Positions 59,446-64,000 of a stretch of 64,000 nt of DNA are shown piece after piece. The stretch comes from a virus. The number at the start of each line of letters is the position of its first letter. Position 1 is the stretch's first letter. The stretch spans positions 32,001-96,000 of the IMG/VR virus record IMGVR_UViG_3300027974_001900; one strand, given 5' to 3'. Below the pieces are notes generated by a model. That model saw nothing but the letters and a program-made list of their open reading frames with translations, was not told the origin of the DNA and searched no databases. The position numbers and the translations under genes were made by a program.

Positions 59446-60194
59446 AAATCACCATCAATTTTATTATATTTTTTTCTATTTCTAATTTCACTTTCCATAC
59501 TCAATTGAAAGCTATGATTTACTTTATCTTCATTTAAAACATTTGCACGATTATAAACATATAATATATCTCCAATGAACGATGCTCTATTTCCAGCCAT
59601 TTCTAGAAGTGGAAACATTGCGGCTAGGTCTCCAGCCATAAGATAAAATTGATTATTTTTATCTAACAAATCTTCTTTATCTATTTTTTTCCATAATTTA
59701 TATTTAAAACTTCTTAAATGAGAAGTCATCCAGTTACTTTCTCTAAACAAATTATTTTTTATAATCTGCTCTGGTACTTGCCTAGAAAAATTTCCTCTAA
59801 TTAATGAAGGATATTCTACATAGCTACCATATGACATCCAGCATTTTTTTTCTAAATAATTTTTGTTTAAAATTATTAATGTTTCTTTACTATAAAACCA
59901 ATCATCTCCGTCAAGAACTACTATTACATCTTCTTTCTCGCAAGAAGCATTTTCTATTCCATAAAATAAACTAGCTAATGCTCCACGATTTTTATCTGTG
60001 TTTAGTAGTTTAAAATTTTTTAAATCTTTAATTTCATCTTCTATAATTTTTTTAGAGTTATCTGTAGAAGAATCGTTTACAATAATACAATCAAAGTTTT
60101 TATAATCCTGAAGTTTTATACTTCTCAGACAAAGTTTTATCCATTTTTCAGCATTGTACATTGGTACAACAATTTTAAATTTTGTATCAATCAT
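59442..60194 (-). CDS. GT2 glycosyltransferase
   Basis: IVVPMYNAEKWI, VNDSSTD and LDGDDW. Confidence 0.88.
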   Translation of the reverse strand: MIDTKFKIVVPMYNAEKWIKLCLRSIKLQDYKNFDCIIVNDSSTDNSKKIIEDEIKDLKNFKLLNTDKNRGALASLFYGIENASCEKEDVIVVLDGDDWFYSKETLIILNKNYLEKKCWMSYGSYVEYPSLIRGNFSRQVPEQIIKNNLFRESNWMTSHLRSFKYKLWKKIDKEDLLDKNNQFYLMAGDLAAMFPLLEMAGNRASFIGDILYVYNRANVLNEDKVNHSFQLSMESEIRNRKKYNKIDGDL

Positions 60195-61018
60195 AGTATT
60201 CCTAATATTTTATCACATACTTCTTGTCTTTTATTAATCATAAAATTAATTAATTCTTCTCCGTTCAAATAGAACCAATCTTCATATAAAGCTCCAACTA
60301 GTTTATTAGTAAAAACAGTTATATTCATCATTTTTGCTTCTATTACAACCCTAGATAAAGTTTCTGGCGTTTTAGGTATAAAGCAAAAATAATTATTTTT
60401 TCCTAATTTATTTAAGAACTCATAATAATCTTGACTTTCAATCAATTCATAATTTAAATTTTTATTTTTACAAAAAGAAATTGCTCCAAGAGTATTTTTA
60501 TGTTCTATAGCGCTTAATAATATAGAACATGCATCTTTTTTTGGATTTTTTATTTTTTCTCGAACAAATTCTAAATCTTTTAAAGACCAAAGATTACCAG
60601 ATAAATTTGTAATATTATCTATTTTAAGATTATTGTATATAATATTTTTATGGAAGCTTGATTGACAAAAAATAGAAGAAGCATTTTTGTAAAAATCATA
60701 GTTAGCAATTTTATCTTCTGAGCATGTAAAATTCTTACAAAGCCCGGGATTTCTATTTTTTATATACTTATGATCGTGTTCATATAATATATATTTTTTA
60801 TTATAAAAAAACTTAATTAATTTTTGATCAATCAAACAGAAATTGCTTATAATAAAAAATTGATTTTCTTCTATTATTTTTTCATTAATATCAATACTTT
60901 TTATTTTTTTAACTTCTATTGATCTTTCTTCTAAAACATTTATTAATTCTCTATCATTTAGCTCACAGCCTCCTAAAACTTCATCATGAAAAAAATCTGA
61001 AATATATACTATTTTCAT
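60191..61018 (-). CDS. GT-B fold glycosyltransferase-like protein
   Basis: GGCELND, YEHDHK and PETLSRVVIEAKMM. Confidence 0.65.
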   Translation of the reverse strand: MKIVYISDFFHDEVLGGCELNDRELINVLEERSIEVKKIKSIDINEKIIEENQFFIISNFCLIDQKLIKFFYNKKYILYEHDHKYIKNRNPGLCKNFTCSEDKIANYDFYKNASSIFCQSSFHKNIIYNNLKIDNITNLSGNLWSLKDLEFVREKIKNPKKDACSILLSAIEHKNTLGAISFCKNKNLNYELIESQDYYEFLNKLGKNNYFCFIPKTPETLSRVVIEAKMMNITVFTNKLVGALYEDWFYLNGEELINFMINKRQEVCDKILGIL

Positions 61019-62277
61019 TTGTATTCTTGGACATCTTGTTCTAGTTGCTTAAGCCACTCGTCAATCTCAAACACTTCTTTTTTACAAATTGCTTCTGCTA
61101 ATAATGTGTATGGATTTTTTTCTTTATCTTTATTAGTTAAGTACTCTTTTAGTTTTTTAGCTTGTCCTTTAAACCTTCCATAATCCTTAAAACATTCTCT
61201 CATGGCAGATTTTGCTCCAAGTGGTCTAACAAACGCCCACTCCGATTCTGAATGTAATACTCCGTTCCAAACAACTTCTGGCTGAACTTTTTTAAGATCA
61301 TAGGGGACATTCGTAAACGCTTTCTTTTTCTTTCCGTCTATCTCTATATATAAAAAGTCTTTTTGACCAGAATAATCAATAGTAATAACAGGTAATCCAC
61401 AATAAGCAGCCTCAAACAACGGAAGACCGAATCCTTCACCGTGAGCAAAATTTACAATTGCTTTAATTTGTGGGTGAATATAAAGATTATGAATTTCATC
61501 TTCATTTAAATCTCCATGAACTAAATAAATTTTACATTTTCTATCTGGGTATGGCTTTAACAATCCTTGTAGTGCTCTTTCACATGCTATCTTATCTAAC
61601 AAAGAATTATTTGAATAGTTTACTTTACAAACTAGTCCTACATTATCATTCTTAAACTCTTCTAAAAACCAGTTAATTGTATTTGGAAGATTTTTTCTTG
61701 GACCCCATTGTGCAACACAGAGAAAATTAAAATCATAATCTAGTGGTAACCATTCTTTGTGATTATCAAAATGTTTAAATTGTTTTATTGGATAACCAAC
61801 AACCTCAACGGGTTTTTGAAGCTGTAGATCTAGAATTCTTCCGTATTGATCTTGTGCTTTCCAACTTGTATTAACTAAAGTTTCTTTTGAATGTTCAGAA
61901 ACAGTAATAATTTTATCACACTCTCTATTACAAATATCAATCCACTCTGGAGCTACTTTGTTAGTCTCTATACCTGCCGTAATTTCAACTGTAATTGGAG
62001 CTTTTCTTTTTAATTCATTAGGTATACCAACATGAACATATACATCAAATTGTCCTTGTTGATTAACATATTGAACCGTTTTGTTTATAATAGAATCAAT
62101 CCATTTTCTTTCTTCATTTTCTTCAAACAACCAAGATGTCTGACCCCAGTTTAATGGCAATGTGTAAATATCAAAAATATCTTCTTGCAAACGTAGAGAT
62201 CTTAAAACAAATCTTACATGCTCACCATAGCCAGACTGAGTTAAACCTGGTCCTTCAACTAATACTTTCTTTTTCAT
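61015..62277 (-). CDS. GT4-family glycosyltransferase
   Basis: SGYG, RKN and HGEGFGLPLFEAAYCGLPVIT. Confidence 0.88.
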   Translation of the reverse strand: MKKKVLVEGPGLTQSGYGEHVRFVLRSLRLQEDIFDIYTLPLNWGQTSWLFEENEERKWIDSIINKTVQYVNQQGQFDVYVHVGIPNELKRKAPITVEITAGIETNKVAPEWIDICNRECDKIITVSEHSKETLVNTSWKAQDQYGRILDLQLQKPVEVVGYPIKQFKHFDNHKEWLPLDYDFNFLCVAQWGPRKNLPNTINWFLEEFKNDNVGLVCKVNYSNNSLLDKIACERALQGLLKPYPDRKCKIYLVHGDLNEDEIHNLYIHPQIKAIVNFAHGEGFGLPLFEAAYCGLPVITIDYSGQKDFLYIEIDGKKKKAFTNVPYDLKKVQPEVVWNGVLHSESEWAFVRPLGAKSAMRECFKDYGRFKGQAKKLKEYLTNKDKEKNPYTLLAEAICKKEVFEIDEWLKQLEQDVQEYK

Positions 62278-63798
62278 TATTTAACCTCATTTAGAGTCCA
62301 GCGACTATATTGTTTTCTATTTTCCCAAGACCCTCTTTCTTCATAAATCTTGGTCATTAGTTCTACCCATTTATTTTGGTAGTCAGCAAATCCATAGTGT
62401 TTTAAAGCGTGCTCCCTGCCCTTCAGACCGATCTTTTTTCTATCAGTGTGTGAAAGTGTGTGCATTTTTTCAAGCGCTTGTATAAAGTCTTTACCAGAGA
62501 CTTTGTCTTCATAAATGTATGGAACTTCTTGTGAACCAATAACATATTGGGCTGCTGGCTCAATCATTACGCCAAACGTGTCTTCTCCATCTGTAACTTG
62601 CTCTTGCAAACCACCAGTTCTTGGAACGATGATTGGTGTTCCGCAATTTAGAGATTCAAGGGTTGAAAGACCAAACCCTTCCGCATCAGAAGCAGATACA
62701 GTTACGTCTGCCATATTATACATTAATCTTAAATGTTCTGGTGGCACTCCTTGATTTGAAAACAATACTCTACCGTCATCTAATCCACACTCTTTAATAA
62801 TTGCTTCAAGATCTGGTCCATTAGGATCTTTTGGATTTGTATGCATCAAAAGAACTGCTTTATCATTTCCTACTCGATCCAAAAACTCTTTAAACCACCA
62901 AATGATTGCTCCTGGTTGTTTACGACGAGCATTTCTACTATTCCAAAAAACAAGCATTGTATCATCTTTCATATTTGGAAAATGTGCTTTTCTTGCTTTT
63001 TTAACTTCATCTTCTGGAAGTGGGAAGAACTGATCTTCTGGAATTGCATGTGGAATGTAATGACATTCAATTTCTGGCGATACTGTTCTCACAATGTCAT
63101 CTGTAACCTTACTGATTGTAGCAATTACATCATTAGAATCATAGAATGGTTTATTAAACTTTGGATAAGGATAATTATCCCAAACGTGGTAGTAAACCAT
63201 TGGAACTAAAGGACGAATTTCGTTTGCAATGCTCCATAGCCATCCATAAAATCTTGGATCTGTCATAAACCAAAGAATATCTGGTTTTTCTGATCTAATA
63301 ATTGATCGAATGATATTTGGATCGCCAAACCCATCTACAGGAAAAATAGTCCAATCTTCTTTCCACTCTTCTGTTCTAACTGGTTGATAATTTTGATGCT
63401 TGATTGCACCACCTAAAGAAATTACTTGAAATTTTCCTGACTTAAGTAATCCTTCAATAAAATACTTCGTTTGAGTTGCAACACCGCTTGGCATTACCTA
63501 AAAAGTGGACTATATCATCATGAGTAAATCATGTTGGGCGCTGTCGGATCATTACCGTGCTCTTTTTAGAGTTTAGGCTAACCGTAGTCTCTGAACCTTC
63601 ACCAGTATTTCTACACAGATGCTTGGCTGCTGATTGTTACAATACTTATGCTTTTCGAGCATTCACACTTGCCGTTTCCCGCTATGTTGTAGCGCATAAG
63701 TTAGATAATGTTCCAGCAATTCACCCAATTTTATATCCGCCAATGCTTCAAGCTAACGGATGGTCTGAGATCGTCAGAACCTTAATTTTTTTCTCCAT
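62277..63798 (-). CDS. GT4-family glycosyltransferase split by a group I intron: join(complement(63756..63798),complement(62277..63496)), 420 aa
   Basis: Exon 1 encodes MEKKIKVLTISDHP plus T. Exon 2 starts TA-ATG-CCA, giving ...SDHPLMPSGVATQT..., which restores the N-terminal beta-strand and SG loop also seen in the neighbour (KKVLVEGPGLTQSGYG). C-terminal motif EGFGLSTLESLNCGTP. Confidence 0.85.
63497..63755 (-). ncRNA. Group I self-splicing intron (259 nt, no internal ORF, IA-like)
   Basis: Minus strand has P GAAUUGCUGGAA, Q AAUCAGCAG, R GUUCAGAGACUA and S GAUGAUAUAGUCC. Pairings: P3 UUGGGUG/CGCCCAA, P7 GACUA/UAGUC, P8 CAUGA/UCAUG. IGS GCAUUGGCGGAU pairs with both exons. The 5' exon ends in U (U-G wobble) and the intron ends in G. 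Confidence 0.93.
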
Positions 63799-64000
63799 AT
63801 ACACACTCTCTTAGACTGTTTAGTGTTTGTTCGCTGTCTGTTTTATAGTCGTGCTCCCAAACAACTACGACTTTATATCCAAGACCTTCTAGGAAGGTTT
63901 TTCTATCGCTATCATAACTCCAAATTTGCTCCGCTTTAAGTTTTTTCTTCTTATTAAAATAATTTTTTTCATAAAATCTTGGGTCGCAGTGCCAATATGT
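63782..64000 (-). CDS. Vsr/DUF559 (EDxHD-like) endonuclease, C-terminal part; probable free-standing homing endonuclease
   Basis: Not in the ORF track (5' end outside the window). Translation: TYWHCDPRFYEKNYFNKKKKLKAEQIWSYDSDRKTFLEGLGYKVVVVWEHDYK...GEKN*. YWH...D..R...L...GY.V..VWE is the Vsr-like pattern. Confidence 0.75.
   Translation of the reverse strand, partial: TYWHCDPRFYEKNYFNKKKKLKAEQIWSYDSDRKTFLEGLGYKVVVVWEHDYKTDSEQTLNSLRECVYGEKN

Noticed and set aside
63492-63750. Alternative splice junction GCT|CCA giving DHPLAPSGV
   Set aside because: It is in frame and follows the U/G rule, but that U would pair with A rather than G in P1. The CCGT|TAATGC junction gives a contiguous 12-position IGS pairing with the canonical U-G. 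RT-PCR would settle it.
45972-63798. Bacterial O-antigen/capsule locus (prophage boundary or host DNA)
   Set aside because: No flippase, polymerase, ABC exporter or initiating transferase is visible. The genes are contiguous and co-oriented with the phage sigma factor and baseplate genes, and no integrase or att-like boundary is seen. A chimeric assembly cannot be fully excluded without reads.
63557-63814. 85-aa plus-strand ORF as an intron-encoded protein
   Set aside because: It is antisense to the intron core and exon 1 and has no nuclease motif.
1-64000. Stop-codon reassignment, as in some large phages
   Set aside because: Standard-code ORFs tile the minus strand densely, and TAA, TAG and TGA all occur as stops at gene junctions.
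1-64000. Eukaryotic giant virus (NCLDV) origin, suggested by the glycosylation genes
   Set aside because: T4-like portal, terminase, prohead protease, baseplate genes, SD sequences, a sigma factor and bS21 all indicate a bacteriophage.
1-64000. tRNA or rRNA genes and inteins in terminase or primase
   Set aside because: I saw no cloverleaf or T-loop motifs in the few intergenic gaps, and the terminase and primase have normal lengths without intein-like insertions. This was checked by eye only.

Overview
A 64 kb segment of a large, AT-rich tailed-phage genome (T4-like head genes plus contractile-tail baseplate genes, probably a large myovirus). Essentially all real genes are on the minus strand, so transcription runs right to left. 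In window order: (1) 1-9.9 kb head and packaging module with a very acidic scaffold-like protein, phage-encoded ribosomal protein bS21, gp21-like prohead protease, gp20-like portal and large terminase; (2) 9.9-14.5 kb fused SbcD-SbcC (Mre11-Rad50), primase and RuvC-like resolvase; (3) 14.5-44.5 kb tail/baseplate module with LamG, Calx-beta-like/LCCL, gp6-like, gp25-like, spike-like and M15-peptidase-domain proteins; (4) a phage sigma factor and small genes; (5) 46-63.8 kb glycan-biosynthesis island with Gmd, ColD-like and Fcl/ColC enzymes (GDP-colitose/fucose), NeuB, NeuA and a HAD phosphatase, a sugar C-methyltransferase, a B12 radical SAM enzyme and several glycosyltransferases. Four things are not visible in the ORF track. 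A compact 259-nt group I intron splits the last glycosyltransferase, with a free-standing Vsr/EDxHD-like endonuclease directly upstream. A candidate late-promoter motif (ACTATTTA) lies 23-28 nt upstream of five start codons. A self-contained transcription unit encodes a 17-aa lysine-rich peptide. Several other small ORFs were missed. All functional calls come from motif recognition by eye, not database searches.
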